Of a DNA stretch of 64,000 nucleotides, positions 43,052 through 54,032 are shown piece by piece. The stretch covers positions 1,440,001 to 1,504,000 of the forward strand of contig CAWGMQ010000003.1 of assembly GCA_963823665.1 (NCBI GenBank), given 5' to 3'. The notes beneath the pieces were generated by a model, which saw only the letters and a program-made list of their open reading frames with translations, was not told the origin of the DNA and ran no database searches. A program made the position numbers and the translations under genes. Origin of the DNA: an uncultured Planctomycetota bacterium. Lineage in GTDB: Bacteria > Planctomycetota > Planctomycetia > Isosphaerales > Isosphaeraceae. Positions within the stretch are counted from its first letter, which is position 1; each line of letters starts with the position of its first letter.

Positions 43052-43927
43052 TCAATCTTCTAGATAAGTCAGTACACGAGGTCCGTCTGGCGTCATGGCC
43101 ACCGTGTGCTCGAAGTGAGCGCTGAATCGGCGATCCTTGGTCTCGACCGTCCAACCGTCGGATAAAGTCCGAACTTCCTTCGTGCCCAGCGCGACCATCG
43201 GCTCAATCGCCAGAACGATTCCCGGCTCGAGCTTGATGTCATGCTGCCGCAGCGCGGCACTCGCGAAATTCGGGACCTGTGGATCCTCGTGCATCGTCTG
43301 CCCGATTCCGTGCCCGACGAACTTCTCGACTACATACATTCCCTGGCTCTTGACGAAGCGTTCCATGAGGCTCGCCACCTCCAGCCACGTGGTGCAGCGG
43401 CCCATCGCGCGAATCGCCAGGTTCAAGGTCTCCGACGTGACGTCAAGAAGCCTCTGCACCTCCGGTCGCACCGGTCCGATCGGCAGGGTCACCGCGGCGT
43501 CGCCACACCAGCCGTTGATCCGGCAACCCGTATCGATCGAAAGAATGTCACCCTCCCGCAACGGCCGGCGATTCGGGATGCCGTGCACAACTTGTTCGTT
43601 CACGCTGGCACATATCACGGCCGGAAAGGGAGGCTTTCCCTTGGTTGAGCAGGGATAACCTAGGAAAAGCGGCGTGGCCTGATGTTCGCGAAAGATCACC
43701 GCGACGGCTTCGTCCATGGCCGCAGTGCACGCCCCGGGAACTGCCATCCGCCGCACCTGGTCGAGCGCCTTGGCGACAACCCGGCCCGCCTCACGCATCA
43801 TGTCGATCTCGCGCGGCGTCTTGAGCTTGATTACCGGCGGTGAATCGGCGCGCCTGACGCCCGCGCCACCCGGCTTCGGCCGGCGCAAGCCCGACAAGAT
43901 AGAAGGCAGCGAAGGCCGGCTGACCAT
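43052..43927 (-). CDS. map: type I methionine aminopeptidase (start uncertain)
   Basis: SVNEQVVHGIP, DTG..GWCGD, GHGIG..MHEDP, AIEPMV, SAHFEHT. Confidence 0.95.
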   Translation of the reverse strand: MVSRPSLPSILSGLRRPKPGGAGVRRADSPPVIKLKTPREIDMMREAGRVVAKALDQVRRMAVPGACTAAMDEAVAVIFREHQATPLFLGYPCSTKGKPPFPAVICASVNEQVVHGIPNRRPLREGDILSIDTGCRINGWCGDAAVTLPIGPVRPEVQRLLDVTSETLNLAIRAMGRCTTWLEVASLMERFVKSQGMYVVEKFVGHGIGQTMHEDPQVPNFASAALRQHDIKLEPGIVLAIEPMVALGTKEVRTLSDGWTVETKDRRFSAHFEHTVAMTPDGPRVLTYLED

Positions 43928-44048
43928 GCTTCGGTGGGATGACACGTCGGGGGTCCTTTTTCTTCCAGATGATGTCTCGCGCACGAGCTCCAGCTTCCCT
44001 ACCAATATACGCCATTGACGCTCAGGTGCGCACTCCCTGCATCCCGAT

Positions 44049-45431
44049 TCACTTCCGGGTCACGAGCCCTGAATAACTTCGCACAACGAGGTGGCCGTCG
44101 ATCTTTTGCACAAGGTCCAGACAGACGCTGATGACAATCAGCAGTCCCGTGCCGCCCAGGAACGATGCGACCGTCCAGTCGACCTGCAGCGCCGATTGCA
44201 CGAGAGACGGAATCACGGCGACAAGAGCCAGGAATGCCGCTCCAACATACGTGATCCGCAGCATCACTTTTTCGAGATAGTCGGCTGTTCGCCGACCCGG
44301 CCGGTACCCCGGGATGAAGCTGCCCAGATCCTTGAGGTTCTCGGCCATATCTTTGGGGTTGAATGTGATCGCCGTCCAGAAATAACAGAAGAAATAGATC
44401 AGGATCACGTAGCAGACCGTGTAGATATAGCTCTGGCGCTGAAAGGCGTAGGACAAGTCGCGGAAAATCCCGGCGAAGACCGATCCAACCGTCCAGCTCT
44501 CGTTCTGCAGATTACTCGTCGCCTTCTCCAGACTGGTGAAGACGAAGGATGGGAAAATCAAGAGGCTGGAAGCAAAGATGATCGGCATCACCCCCGCCTG
44601 ATTGACCTTCAGCGGCAGGAACTGCTTGGTGCCGCCGTAAACCCGCCGGCCGCGCACGTGCTTCGCCGACTGCGTCGGAATGCGCCGCTGGCTCTCTGTG
44701 ATCGCAATCACACCGACCACCACCGCTATGAATAGCCCGATTAACATCAAAATCGTCGTGATCCCATATTTGCCCGGCTCGGCGTTCAATTTCGAGGTCG
44801 AGTTGTACCAAAGGCCGTTCGGTCCGGTGATCGCAACCGGCAGACGGGCCAGAATGCCCGCCATGATCAAGAGGCTGATCCCGTTGCCAATCCCGTATTC
44901 GTCAATTTGCTCACCAATCCACATCAGGAAAATCGTCCCGGCCGTCATGATGCAAACACACACGAACCCGTTCCAAAATGTGTGATATCGCTGCAACACC
45001 ACGTTCATCTGTGGGCTCATCATATACTGCACCCAGAAGGCACTTTGAATTGCACAGAGAACCACTGTCGCGTAGCGTGTGTATTCGTTGATTCGCTTCC
45101 GCCCGCTTTCGCCCTCCTTCATCATCGCTTCCAGCGATGGAACAACGCTGGCCAGAAGCTGAAAGATGATCGAGGCCGAAATATACGGCATGATCCCCAG
45201 GCCGAAGATCGTGCTCATGCCGATCGATGTGCCGCCGAACATCGCAACCGTGCCGAAAAGCTTGCCGGCCGTGTGACCGCTCTGCTGCTCCTCCCAGTTT
45301 TTCAACTGCGCTTGATTGACGATCGGCAACGGGACGTAGAAGCCGATCCGGTAGATCGCCAGGAGCAGGCAAGTGAACAGAATCTTGCGCCTGAGCTCAG
45401 GTACCTTGAAGATGGTGATGAGCTTATCCAC
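44049..45431 (-). CDS. secY: preprotein translocase SecY
   Basis: LGIMPYISASII, GIGNGISL, AGVMPIIFA, IPGYRPG, GGTGLLI. Confidence 0.98.
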   Translation of the reverse strand: MDKLITIFKVPELRRKILFTCLLLAIYRIGFYVPLPIVNQAQLKNWEEQQSGHTAGKLFGTVAMFGGTSIGMSTIFGLGIMPYISASIIFQLLASVVPSLEAMMKEGESGRKRINEYTRYATVVLCAIQSAFWVQYMMSPQMNVVLQRYHTFWNGFVCVCIMTAGTIFLMWIGEQIDEYGIGNGISLLIMAGILARLPVAITGPNGLWYNSTSKLNAEPGKYGITTILMLIGLFIAVVVGVIAITESQRRIPTQSAKHVRGRRVYGGTKQFLPLKVNQAGVMPIIFASSLLIFPSFVFTSLEKATSNLQNESWTVGSVFAGIFRDLSYAFQRQSYIYTVCYVILIYFFCYFWTAITFNPKDMAENLKDLGSFIPGYRPGRRTADYLEKVMLRITYVGAAFLALVAVIPSLVQSALQVDWTVASFLGGTGLLIVISVCLDLVQKIDGHLVVRSYSGLVTRK

Positions 45432-45578
45432 GTGCGATCCCCTCCTCGACTACGACCGCGTCCTGGCATCGTGCGCAAGCCCGTTCGGTGCCCGCCTCGC
45501 CCGGGTTGCACGCCGGGCAATTCCACATCTCTCGCATAGAATAGGACGGCCTGTGCACGCCAATCGCTCCTTAGCGGC

Positions 45579-46088
45579 TCAATCGCCCTCGGGCGATGAG
45601 TTCTCTCCTGGACGACCCGAGAACTCATGCGGACGATAGGGCACGACGACTGCCTTCCCGCCGGCTGCGGCAATCTTGGACGTGGCCGACTCGCTGAACT
45701 TGGTCGCGTGCACTTCCAGCGGCTTGGAAAGTACGCCGGTCGCCAGGATCTTGATGCCGTCGTGCTCCTGGCCCTTGACCAACCCACAGGCGCGCAGGGC
45801 CTTTTCGTCCACGACCGAGCCGGCGGGGAACCGATCCTCGAGAGCCGATAGATTCACCACCACGTAGCTCTTCTTGAACGCGCCGTTGAAGAACCCGCGC
45901 TTGGGCACGCGCCGGGCCAGCGGCATCTGCCCTCCTTCGAAGATCGGGCTGATCTTGAACCCCTGGCGCGACGAGTGCCCCTTGTGGCCCTTGCCGGAGG
46001 TCTTGCCGTGCCCGGAGCCGACTCCTCGGCCGATGCGCTTTCGCTTCTTGCGCTTGTGAATACCTTTGTGTACGTCGTGAAGTTGCAT
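45579..46088 (-). CDS. rplO: 50S ribosomal protein L15
   Basis: RIGRG.GSGHGKT, FEGGQMPL.RR.PKRGF. Confidence 0.97.
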   Translation of the reverse strand: MQLHDVHKGIHKRKKRKRIGRGVGSGHGKTSGKGHKGHSSRQGFKISPIFEGGQMPLARRVPKRGFFNGAFKKSYVVVNLSALEDRFPAGSVVDEKALRACGLVKGQEHDGIKILATGVLSKPLEVHATKFSESATSKIAAAGGKAVVVPYRPHEFSGRPGENSSPEGD

Positions 46089-46597
46089 CAGAGGGGCACT
46101 CCTCGCAAGCGAGCGATTTCATCTTTGGTTCGAAGCTGGAGCAACGCGTCCAGTGCCGCCTTGACCAGGTTGAGCTTGTTATTCGAGCCGAAGCTCTTCG
46201 TCAAGATGTCCTTGACCCCGGCAGACTCGACCACGGCTCGAACCGCTCCACCGGCGATCACACCCGTGCCAGGGCTCGCCGGCATCAGCAATACCTTCGC
46301 GGCACCATATTTCCCGACCACAGCGTGAGGAATCGTCGAGCCCCTGAGATTCACCCGGTGCATCTGCTTGTGCGCATCCTTGACGCCTTTTTCGACCGCA
46401 GGCGGCACCTCGTTGGCCTTGCCATAGCCCCAGCCGACCTGGCCGCGGCCGTTGCCGACAACGACCAGAGCGTTGAAACTGAACCGCCGGCCTCCCTTCA
46501 CGACCGCCGCGCAGCGCCGGATCGACACCACGCTCTCGTTCCACTCACCGCGGTCGCGATCACGATCGCGGTCACGCTCACGTCCCTCGCTCGCCAC
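46088..46597 (-). CDS. rpsE: 30S ribosomal protein S5
   Basis: [24 protein letters not shown]. Confidence 0.97.
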   Translation of the reverse strand: MASEGRERDRDRDRDRGEWNESVVSIRRCAAVVKGGRRFSFNALVVVGNGRGQVGWGYGKANEVPPAVEKGVKDAHKQMHRVNLRGSTIPHAVVGKYGAAKVLLMPASPGTGVIAGGAVRAVVESAGVKDILTKSFGSNNKLNLVKAALDALLQLRTKDEIARLRGVPL

Positions 46598-46639
46598 GGA
46601 CGAACTCCCCCAGACAATCGTCTTTTGAAGTAATGGTCG

Positions 46640-47017
46640 TTAGAACAACAGCCCAGCCTCGCGGGCAGCCTGGGCCAGCGCCGCGACTCGCCCATGATAC
46701 TTGTAGCTTCGGCGGTCGAAGCAAACCTTGTCAATACCGGCCTTTTTGGCCCGCTCGGCAACCGCGCGGCCCACGGCCGTCGCCGCAGCCTTGTTGCCGC
46801 CATACTTGATCTGGCCGCGCAATTCCGAGTCCATACTGCTCGCCGAGACAATAACCGCACCCGATTCGTCATTCACCATCTGCGCGTAAATGTGCTTCGA
46901 GCTGCGAAATACCGCAAGGCGTGGCCGCTGGGCCGTTCCGGAAAGCCGGTTCCGAACGCGCAGTTGCCGCCTCTTCCGGCGAGTCTGAACAAGACGTTGC
47001 TGATTCGCAATATTCAC
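46640..47017 (-). CDS. rplR: 50S ribosomal protein L18
   Basis: [26 protein letters not shown]. Confidence 0.96.
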   Translation of the reverse strand: MNIANQQRLVQTRRKRRQLRVRNRLSGTAQRPRLAVFRSSKHIYAQMVNDESGAVIVSASSMDSELRGQIKYGGNKAAATAVGRAVAERAKKAGIDKVCFDRRSYKYHGRVAALAQAAREAGLLF

Positions 47018-47062
47018 GACACGGTCCTCGTCTCTTCGGTCTTCATGCTTCACACCGGAAGG

Positions 47063-47614
47063 TTACTTCGAGCCGAACGCCTTGCCGGCCTTGCGGCGGA
47101 CAAACTCCCCTTCGTACCGGATGCCTTTGCCCTTGTATGGCTCGGGCGGGCGCACCTTGCGGACCACGGCCGCGAACTGACCGACCGCCTGCTTGTCGGC
47201 GCCGCTGATCGTCACGTGCGTCGGATCGACCACTTGCACGTTGACTCCCGCGGGCGCCTCGAGCACAACCTGGTTCGCATACCCGACCTGCAGGGCGATC
47301 GTATTTGCCTTTTTGAGTTGCGCCTGGTATCCCACACCCACAATCTCGAGCTTCTTCGTATAACCCGTCGTGACTCCCTGCACCATGTTGGCAACCAGGC
47401 TGCGAGTGAGCCCGTGCAGCGACCGATTGATTCGCTCATCATCGTGGCGCGTGCACACGATCTGGCCTGCGGCCTTGTCGAAGGCAACGTCGATCTCGCC
47501 CCGATGAGTGAAGCTGAGCTTGCCCTTGGGACCCTCGACCTCGATCGTCCGCTCGGCGATCGAAACCTTCACAGAAGGCGGCACGGGTACCGGCTTGCGT
47601 CCAATCCGCGACAT
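47063..47614 (-). CDS. rplF: 50S ribosomal protein L6
   Basis: MSRIGRKP, RPPEPYKGKGIRY. Confidence 0.98.
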   Translation of the reverse strand: MSRIGRKPVPVPPSVKVSIAERTIEVEGPKGKLSFTHRGEIDVAFDKAAGQIVCTRHDDERINRSLHGLTRSLVANMVQGVTTGYTKKLEIVGVGYQAQLKKANTIALQVGYANQVVLEAPAGVNVQVVDPTHVTISGADKQAVGQFAAVVRKVRPPEPYKGKGIRYEGEFVRRKAGKAFGSK

Positions 47615-47688
47615 CGTTCTGTCTTCCTTCTATCCGCTTGAGTGTGAATCTCTTTTCCAGGGCTGACCGCCGCCGCCTCCAGTCGCGG

Positions 47689-48084
47689 TCAATGAATCAT
47701 CGCGAGCACCTCGCCGCCCACCTTTTCGGTTCGGGCGCGGCGGTCGGAGAGCACACCTCGTGGCGTGGAGAGTATCTGGATCCCCATTCCCCCCAGGATC
47801 GGCTTGAGCTCTTTATAGCCCATGTAAACTCGCCGCCCGGGCTTGCTCACCCGGTCGATCCGGTTGATCAAACGCTCGCCGTTGGGCCCGTATTTCATCT
47901 GCAGACGCAGCGTCCGGCAGGGAATCGTCTCGATTTCCTCGAAGTCCCAGATATAGCCCTCGTCCTTCAGGACCTGCGCGATGCCGCGCCGCATGTTCGA
48001 AGCGGGCATCTCCAGCACGGTCCGCTCGATCCGGACTGCGTTTCGAATACGGGTGAGCATATCGGCGATCGGGTCGGTCATCAT
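47689..48084 (-). CDS. rpsH: 30S ribosomal protein S8
   Basis: DPIADMLTRIRN, SKPGRRVY, GGEVL. Confidence 0.98.
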   Translation of the reverse strand: MMTDPIADMLTRIRNAVRIERTVLEMPASNMRRGIAQVLKDEGYIWDFEEIETIPCRTLRLQMKYGPNGERLINRIDRVSKPGRRVYMGYKELKPILGGMGIQILSTPRGVLSDRRARTEKVGGEVLAMIH

Positions 48085-48227
48085 GGCAAAGGAGCCTTCT
48101 TGAACCGTTGCGGGTTACGCGGCTGGCCGCGACTGGAACCGTGAACCAAGCACTTCCGTGAACGTGCGGCAGGCCATCCACCCGCCGCCTGAGAACAACA
48201 TCCGCCGCTTCCACCAGGCAAGCCGGC

Positions 48228-48413
48228 TCACCAGCTCGCCTTCTTGACACCCGGAATCAGGCCGCGGAGCGCCAGGTTCCGGAAGCAGATCCGGCAGACG
48301 CCGAATTTGCGGTAAAAGCCACGGGGTCGCCCGCACAAGCGGCACCGGTTTCGATGCTGCACCGCAAACTTGCGCGGGGTTTCCGATTTGATTTTCTGGG
48401 CCTTGGTCGACAT
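48228..48413 (-). CDS. rpsN: 30S ribosomal protein S14 (zinc-binding type)
   Basis: RCRLCGRPR...CRICFR...PGVKKASW. Confidence 0.97.
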   Translation of the reverse strand: MSTKAQKIKSETPRKFAVQHRNRCRLCGRPRGFYRKFGVCRICFRNLALRGLIPGVKKASW

Positions 48414-48550
48414 AATCTGCTCTTCCTCAACCCTCAAAAAGAGCTTGGTCTTCGATCACTGGACTCTCTACTGCTCTCCGTACCGCACCGTCTCGATCCA
48501 TCACGCCCGTTGAAACTGCCGGGCTCGCTCGAACAGAACACGCCGTCTGG

Positions 48551-49109
48551 TCACTTCCCCTTGGCCTGCGGCTGCCGGAACGGCAAGCCGAACTGGCTTT
48601 AACAGCTCGCGCGCCTGCTCGTCGTTCTGCGCGGTTGTCACGATCGTGATGTCCATTCCGTGGGTGTGCTGGATCTTGTCGGCGTCGATCTCCGGGAAGA
48701 CGACCTGCTCGGCAAGACCCAGGCTGAAATTGCCGTGCCCGTCGAAGCTGTTCGGGTTCACCCCGCGGAAGTCCCGGATTCGCGGCAGAGCAATCGAGAT
48801 CAAGCGGTCGAGGAACTCGTACATCCGCCGGCCACGCAAGGTCACCTTGCAGCCGATGTCGTTTCCCTCGCGAAGCCGGAATCCCGACACCGACACCTTG
48901 GCCTTGGTAATCACCGGCCTCTGGCCGCTGATCTTGGACAGGCTATCCACGGCCGACTCGAGCTGGGCCTTGTCCTGAGTCGCCTTGCCCACACCCATGT
49001 TGATGATGATCTTGGTCAGCTTCGGAATCGCCATCGGGTTCTGGTGATTGAACTTGGCGGCAACCGCCTTCGCGATGTCGTTCCGGTACAAGTCAAGCAA
49101 GCGAGCCAT
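48551..49109 (-). CDS. rplE: 50S ribosomal protein L5 (indel ~48595)
   Basis: PKLTKIIINMGVG, LPRIRDFRG, FDGHGN; FGLPF tail in shifted frame. Confidence 0.95.
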
Positions 49110-49146
49110 TGCCGGGATCCTTCAATTCGATTCACTTCGGATGTCT

Positions 49147-49549
49147 TCAAGCCTTTTTGGGGGCGGCAGTCTTCGACGCAGCAGTCCGGTTCTTGGCGTG
49201 AGCCGCCTTGCGCGGGCCGATGTTGCCCAGGCTCGTCCCGCAGGTCTTGCAGTAGCGCTGTTTCTGCCCGTCGTCGGTGAACCGGCGGCCGTAACGAACG
49301 CCGCGGTTGCATTTTGTGCAGTAAAGCTTCACGTTGGAGACGTCGATCGGCATCTCCTTGGAGAGCCGCCCTCCCTGAGGATTCTTCTGGCTCGGCCTCA
49401 GGTGTTTGTAAACGCGGTTTACCCCTTCCACGACAATCTTGTTTCGATCGGGAATGACCCGCAGCACCTTGGCGATCCGGCCGCTCGGACGCCGTTCCCT
49501 TGTCGTCGCCGGTGATCACTTCCACCTGGTCGTCTTTTCGTATGTTCAT
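49147..49549 (-). CDS. rplX: 50S ribosomal protein L24 (indel ~49480)
   Basis: IRKDDQVEVITGDDKG; VEGVN..KH; E.PIDVSNV. Confidence 0.93.
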
Positions 49550-49596
49550 GATCCGCTCGTCAATACGCTCTCTTGTTCAGGTGAGCCCCGGCCGCT

Positions 49597-49977
49597 TCAG
49601 ACGACTTCCGCCGCCAGACTGATGATCTTCATGAACTGGCGTTCGCGCAGCTCGCGGGCAATCGCGCCGAAGATGCGCGTCCCGCGCGGGTTCTTCTCTG
49701 CGTCGATCAAGACGACCGCGTTGCGATCGAACTTGACGTACGACCCGTCGGTTCGCCGGGTCTGGTTCCGGGTGCGGACGATCACGCACCGCACCACGTC
49801 TCCGGCCTTGACCTCGCCGCCGGAGCTGGCCTTCTTCACACTGGCGATGATCGTGTCACCCAATCCGGCGGCGCGCCGCTTGTATTTCGATGCGCTGCCG
49901 TACAGGACCTTGATGCACATCACTTCCTTGGCGCCGGTATTGTCGGCTACGTCGAGCCGCGTCTGCATCTGGATCAT
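49597..49977 (-). CDS. rplN: 50S ribosomal protein L14
   Basis: [30 protein letters not shown]. Confidence 0.98.
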   Translation of the reverse strand: MIQMQTRLDVADNTGAKEVMCIKVLYGSASKYKRRAAGLGDTIIASVKKASSGGEVKAGDVVRCVIVRTRNQTRRTDGSYVKFDRNAVVLIDAEKNPRGTRIFGAIARELRERQFMKIISLAAEVV

Positions 49978-49991
49978 GAGAATAACCTCTT

Positions 49992-50318
49992 TCAGGTTCG
50001 CGCGGCTTCGTCCTCGCCGGCCAGAGCTTGCTGGGCGCCGGCGCGAACGATTCGCACGATCCGCCACCGCTTGAGCTTCGACAACGGGCGTGTTTCCATG
50101 ATCTCGACCACGTCTCCCTTGTGCGACGTGTTGGCCTCGTCATGCGCATGGCAGACGGTTCGGCGGCGCATCAGCTTGCCGTACTTCGGGTGCGGTACCA
50201 GCCGCTCGACGATGACCCGCCTGGTCTTGGTCATCTTGTCGGACGTCACGATACCGACTTCCCGCTTGCGCGGGCTGCGCGCCGCAATCTTGCCGGTGGC
50301 TTTGGTCGCTTCTGTCAT
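49992..50318 (-). CDS. rpsQ: 30S ribosomal protein S17
   Basis: [24 protein letters not shown]. Confidence 0.97.
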   Translation of the reverse strand: MTEATKATGKIAARSPRKREVGIVTSDKMTKTRRVIVERLVPHPKYGKLMRRRTVCHAHDEANTSHKGDVVEIMETRPLSKLKRWRIVRIVRAGAQQALAGEDEAART

Positions 50319-50425
50319 CGGTTCATCTCACGCATCGGATTCCTCGTTGTTCTTGCTGACTCAAACCCTCGAGCAAAGCCCGCGGCCAGGGGGGAACAGT
50401 CGGCCGCATTCATTTTTCACACGAT

Positions 50426-50662
50426 TCACGCCTTCTTCGCACCGGTGGGCACGGCCGCCACCTTTTCCTGCTCGATCTGGCGCAGCCGCAGGATCGTCTT
50501 GATGCGGGCGATCTCTCGCTTCGCCTTGACAATCTCGCTCGGCGCTTCGAGCCGCTCGGTTTCGCTTTGCAGGCGCAGCCGAAACAGGTTGCTCTGCACG
50601 TCCTTGAGCGTCAGGTCGAGCTGTTCGCTCGTCTGCTCTCGAAGCTCGGCCGGTTTGGACAT
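50426..50662 (-). CDS. rpmC: 50S ribosomal protein L29
   Basis: ELRE..LFRLR...KREIARIKT. Confidence 0.95.
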   Translation of the reverse strand: MSKPAELREQTSEQLDLTLKDVQSNLFRLRLQSETERLEAPSEIVKAKREIARIKTILRLRQIEQEKVAAVPTGAKKA

Positions 50663-50674
50663 CGTTGGCGCTCC

Positions 50675-51091
50675 TCAGATCGGCCGCCGGTGCACGAACC
50701 GGCAGTTCACGGGCATTTTCTGCGCGACGCGAGCGAACATCGTGCGTGCCGCCTCCTCGCCCAGACCACTGACTTCATAAAGAATCGTCCCGGGCTTCAC
50801 GACGGCCGCCCAGTATTCGATTTCACCTTTCCCTTTACCCATCCGCGTCTCGGCAGGAATTGCGGTCACGCTCTTCTGCGGGAAAACCCGGATGTAGAGC
50901 TTGCCTCCCCCTTTGATTGCCTGGCTGGCCACGATACGCCCCGCCTCGATCGTCTGCGCACTGATCCGGCCGGGCTCCAGGCTCTGAATCCCGTACTCAC
51001 CGAACGACACATAGTTGCCGCGGGTCGCATTACCTTTTACGCGGCCTTTTTGGCTTTTTCGATACTTGACCCGCTTGGGCATCAGGGGCAT
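50675..51091 (-). CDS. rplP: 50S ribosomal protein L16
   Basis: MPKRVKYRK, ETRMGKGKG. Confidence 0.98.
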   Translation of the reverse strand: MPLMPKRVKYRKSQKGRVKGNATRGNYVSFGEYGIQSLEPGRISAQTIEAGRIVASQAIKGGGKLYIRVFPQKSVTAIPAETRMGKGKGEIEYWAAVVKPGTILYEVSGLGEEAARTMFARVAQKMPVNCRFVHRRPI

Positions 51092-51731
51092 CGCCGGCCT
51101 CCATCTTCAAATAATCGCCTTGGTTGACCCATACTTTGATTCCGATATGACCTTGCGCGGTCTTGGCCTCCGTGAATCCGTAGTCGATTCGCGCCCGCAA
51201 GGTCGAGAGCGGCACCGAGCCGGCCGCAGTGGCCTCCGTCCGCGACATCTCGGTTCCCCCCAGCCGTCCCGAGAGCTGGATCTTCACCCCCTTGGCGCCG
51301 CCGTCCATCGTCTGCTCGATGGCCCGCTTCATCGTGCGCCGGAAGCTCGACCGCTTCTGGAGCTGCTCGGCAATGTCCTCGCTGATCAACTGCGCGTCGA
51401 TCTCCGGACGTGCAACCTCCACGATCTTGATCTCGATCCGCCGCCCCGTCAGCTCCTGAAGGTCCTTCTGAAGGATCTCGACCTCCGCCCCCTTGCGGCC
51501 GATGATCACGCCCGGCCGCGCCGTCGAGAGGAGCACCGTCACCGCGTCACGCGTGCGCTCGATCTCGATCTTCGGGATGCCCGAAAACCCATACTTCTTC
51601 TTGATGAACGCCCGGATCTTGAAGTCTTCGACCAGCAAGTCGGCGAACTCGTGCTTGGATGCGTACCAGCGGCTGCGCCAGTCCTCCATGATTCCCACGC
51701 GGTAGCCGGTCGGTCGAACTTTTTGGCCCAT
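51030..51731 (-). CDS. rpsC: 30S ribosomal protein S3
   Basis: MGQKVRP.GYR, RPGVIIG, GRLGG.EM, VPLSTLRA.IDY. Confidence 0.97.
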   Translation of the reverse strand: MGQKVRPTGYRVGIMEDWRSRWYASKHEFADLLVEDFKIRAFIKKKYGFSGIPKIEIERTRDAVTVLLSTARPGVIIGRKGAEVEILQKDLQELTGRRIEIKIVEVARPEIDAQLISEDIAEQLQKRSSFRRTMKRAIEQTMDGGAKGVKIQLSGRLGGTEMSRTEATAAGSVPLSTLRARIDYGFTEAKTAQGHIGIKVWVNQGDYLKMEAGDAPDAQAGQVSKKPKRPRKR

Positions 51732-51847
51732 GATTTCCTCTTGATCGATTCCCGCTGTCGTTCCGATTCGAGCCGCCCTGCGTGAGCGATTTCACCCGCC
51801 CATCTTGCCGTGGAACCCGTTAACCACCCGCTAAAGCACCCGTGTGC

Positions 51848-52249
51848 CTAGCTCGCCGATTCGCCGGCCTCCGCTGGCACTCGCCCTCCCTCGGGAACCC
51901 ATACCAGCCCATCGGCAAGCCCAACCTGGATGTGCGCCGTCCGCCGCCGGATCAGGTACGCCATGCCTCGAGCGCGGGGCATGAGTCGCTTGAACATCGG
52001 GCCTCCTTCGCCGCGGGCGTCGACGACGATCAGCGCGCCCACGTTGCGGATGCCCTTGTCCTCGGCGTTCGCCATGGCGCTTTTGAGCACCTGCTCGACC
52101 ATCCGCGCCCCGCGATGCGGCATGTACTTGAGCAAGTCGAGCGCGTCGTCGGCGTAATGGCCCCGAATCAGGTCCAATAGCGGCCGGAGCTTCCGCACCG
52201 AGATCCGGGCGAATCGGTGCGTCGCGTGATGCTGGATTGCGTAACCCAT
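51848..52249 (-). CDS. rplV: 50S ribosomal protein L22
   Basis: RISVRK.R, LKSAMANAE, PRARG. Confidence 0.96.
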   Translation of the reverse strand: MGYAIQHHATHRFARISVRKLRPLLDLIRGHYADDALDLLKYMPHRGARMVEQVLKSAMANAEDKGIRNVGALIVVDARGEGGPMFKRLMPRARGMAYLIRRRTAHIQVGLADGLVWVPEGGRVPAEAGESAS

Positions 52250-52339
52250 GTCCGTTGTCTCTTGGCGTGCTCGAGAATCAGTTAGAAAGTTGCCCGCCTC
52301 ACGTCCGCCTGGACTGATGGCTCTTTTTACTACGATCAC

Positions 52340-52648
52340 TCACTTCTTGCCCGGTGGTGGTCCGCTGCCGCCGGCGGGTGCCTTCGATGCCTTGCCGCCG
52401 TGGCCGCGGAAGGTCCGCGTCGGCGCAAACTCGCCCAGCCGGTGCTCGACCATATCTTCAGTGACGTACAGCTTCACAAACTTTCGCCCGTCGTGGATCG
52501 CAAAGTGCTTTCCCACGAATTCCGGCACGATCATGCAGGCGCGCGCCCATGTCTTGATCGGCTCGCGACTGCCGGAAGCGTCGGCCTTCATCACCTTCTC
52601 GAGCAGCCGCTCGACAACGTACGGGCCTTTCTTCTGCGATCTTCCCAT
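52340..52648 (-). CDS. rpsS: 30S ribosomal protein S19
   Basis: [25 protein letters not shown]. Confidence 0.98.
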   Translation of the reverse strand: MGRSQKKGPYVVERLLEKVMKADASGSREPIKTWARACMIVPEFVGKHFAIHDGRKFVKLYVTEDMVEHRLGEFAPTRTFRGHGGKASKAPAGGSGPPPGKK

Positions 52649-52734
52649 GCCGGTCTGGCTCCTCTTCTGTCGTGATCCCTATTCACCCGCTGAGCGAAAA
52701 GCAAATGGTCCAACCCGAGACTAACCCAGGCCAT

Positions 52735-53596
52735 TCAGACCTTGAGCTGCCCGTAACGCACGCTGCGGCGGCGGCGAATGATCGCCTTGTTCGACGGCTT
52801 GCGCCGGCGCCGGGTCTTGCCCCCCTTGGCCAGCACACCGGTGGGCGAGCACGGATGGCGGCCGCCCGAAGTCCGCCCTTCACCGCCACCCATCGGGTGA
52901 TCGACCGGGTTCATCGCAACGCCGCGGACGTGCGGCCGGCGGCCCTTCCAGCGCGATCGGCCGGCCTTGCCCAGGCGAACATTCATGTGGTCGGGGTTGC
53001 CGACCATGCCCATCGTGGCCCGGCAGGCAGCCGGGATTCGCCGGACCTCGCCCGACGGCAACGTGATCTGCGCCCAGTTGCCGTCGCGGGCCGTCAAGAT
53101 CGCGCCCACGCCCGCCGAGCGGCACAGCTTGCCGCCGCCGCCGGGCTGCATTTCGATATTGTGGATCGTGCAGGCCGGTCGGGATCTTGGAAAGCGGCAT
53201 GCAGTTGCCCACCTTGGGCTCGGCTTCCGGGCCGCTCGCGACGCTCATGCCGGCCGCCAGCCCGTCGGGGGCGAGAATGTACCGCTTTTGCCCATCCACG
53301 TACTGGATCAGCGCGATCCGGGCCGATCGATTCGGGTCGTATTCGATGTGGGTCACCGCGGCCGCCTGTCCGTCGCGATCGTTGCGCACCCAGTCGATGA
53401 TTCGATATTTACGCTTATGACCGCCGCCGCGATGTCGCGCGGTGATGAAACCCTGGTTGTTCCGGCCCCCCGTCTTCTGCAGCGGCTCGGTCAGGCTCTT
53501 CTCGGGCTTCTTGTTCTTGTCCGTCAGCTCGGCAAAGTCACTGACCGAGGAATTCCTGCGGCCCGCGCTCGTCGGTTTGTAGACTCGAATACCCAT
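52735..53596 (-). CDS. rplB: 50S ribosomal protein L2 (indel ~53170)
   Basis: [38 protein letters not shown]. Confidence 0.96.
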
Positions 53597-53697
53597 CGTG
53601 ATCTTCCCTTGCCGTTCCGTTCGTGTGGCGTTCTGAAGGCGTTCGAGAACTCGCGAGCCAGCCGACTGCCTCGCGATCTCCTCGCTCCGATCTGATC

Positions 53698-54026
53698 TCA
53701 ATAAAAGTCGATCCGGTATTCCTCGAACAGCGTGACGATGGCCTTCTTCCAGTGTCCGCATCCGGCCGACCTTGACCCGATAGCGACGGCGGCTTGCCCC
53801 GGCGGTTCTGGGTGCGCACGCCCATCACCTTGACGTCGAAGAGCGTCTCGATCGCCGTCTTGATTTCCGTCTTCGTCGCCAGCGGATTGACCTCGAACGT
53901 GTAGGCGTTGTCCCGCTCGGAGACGTGGGTCGCCTTCTCGGTGATCAGCGGTCGGACGATCACCTGGTATGGCTCCAGGACCGGCCCGGACCGTGTAGAT
54001 TGCGGCGGTCGACGCAGGGTAACCAT
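53698..54026 (-). CDS. rplW: 50S ribosomal protein L23 (indels ~53760-53795)
   Basis: [29 protein letters not shown]. Confidence 0.93.
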
Positions 54027-54032
54027 GGTGGA

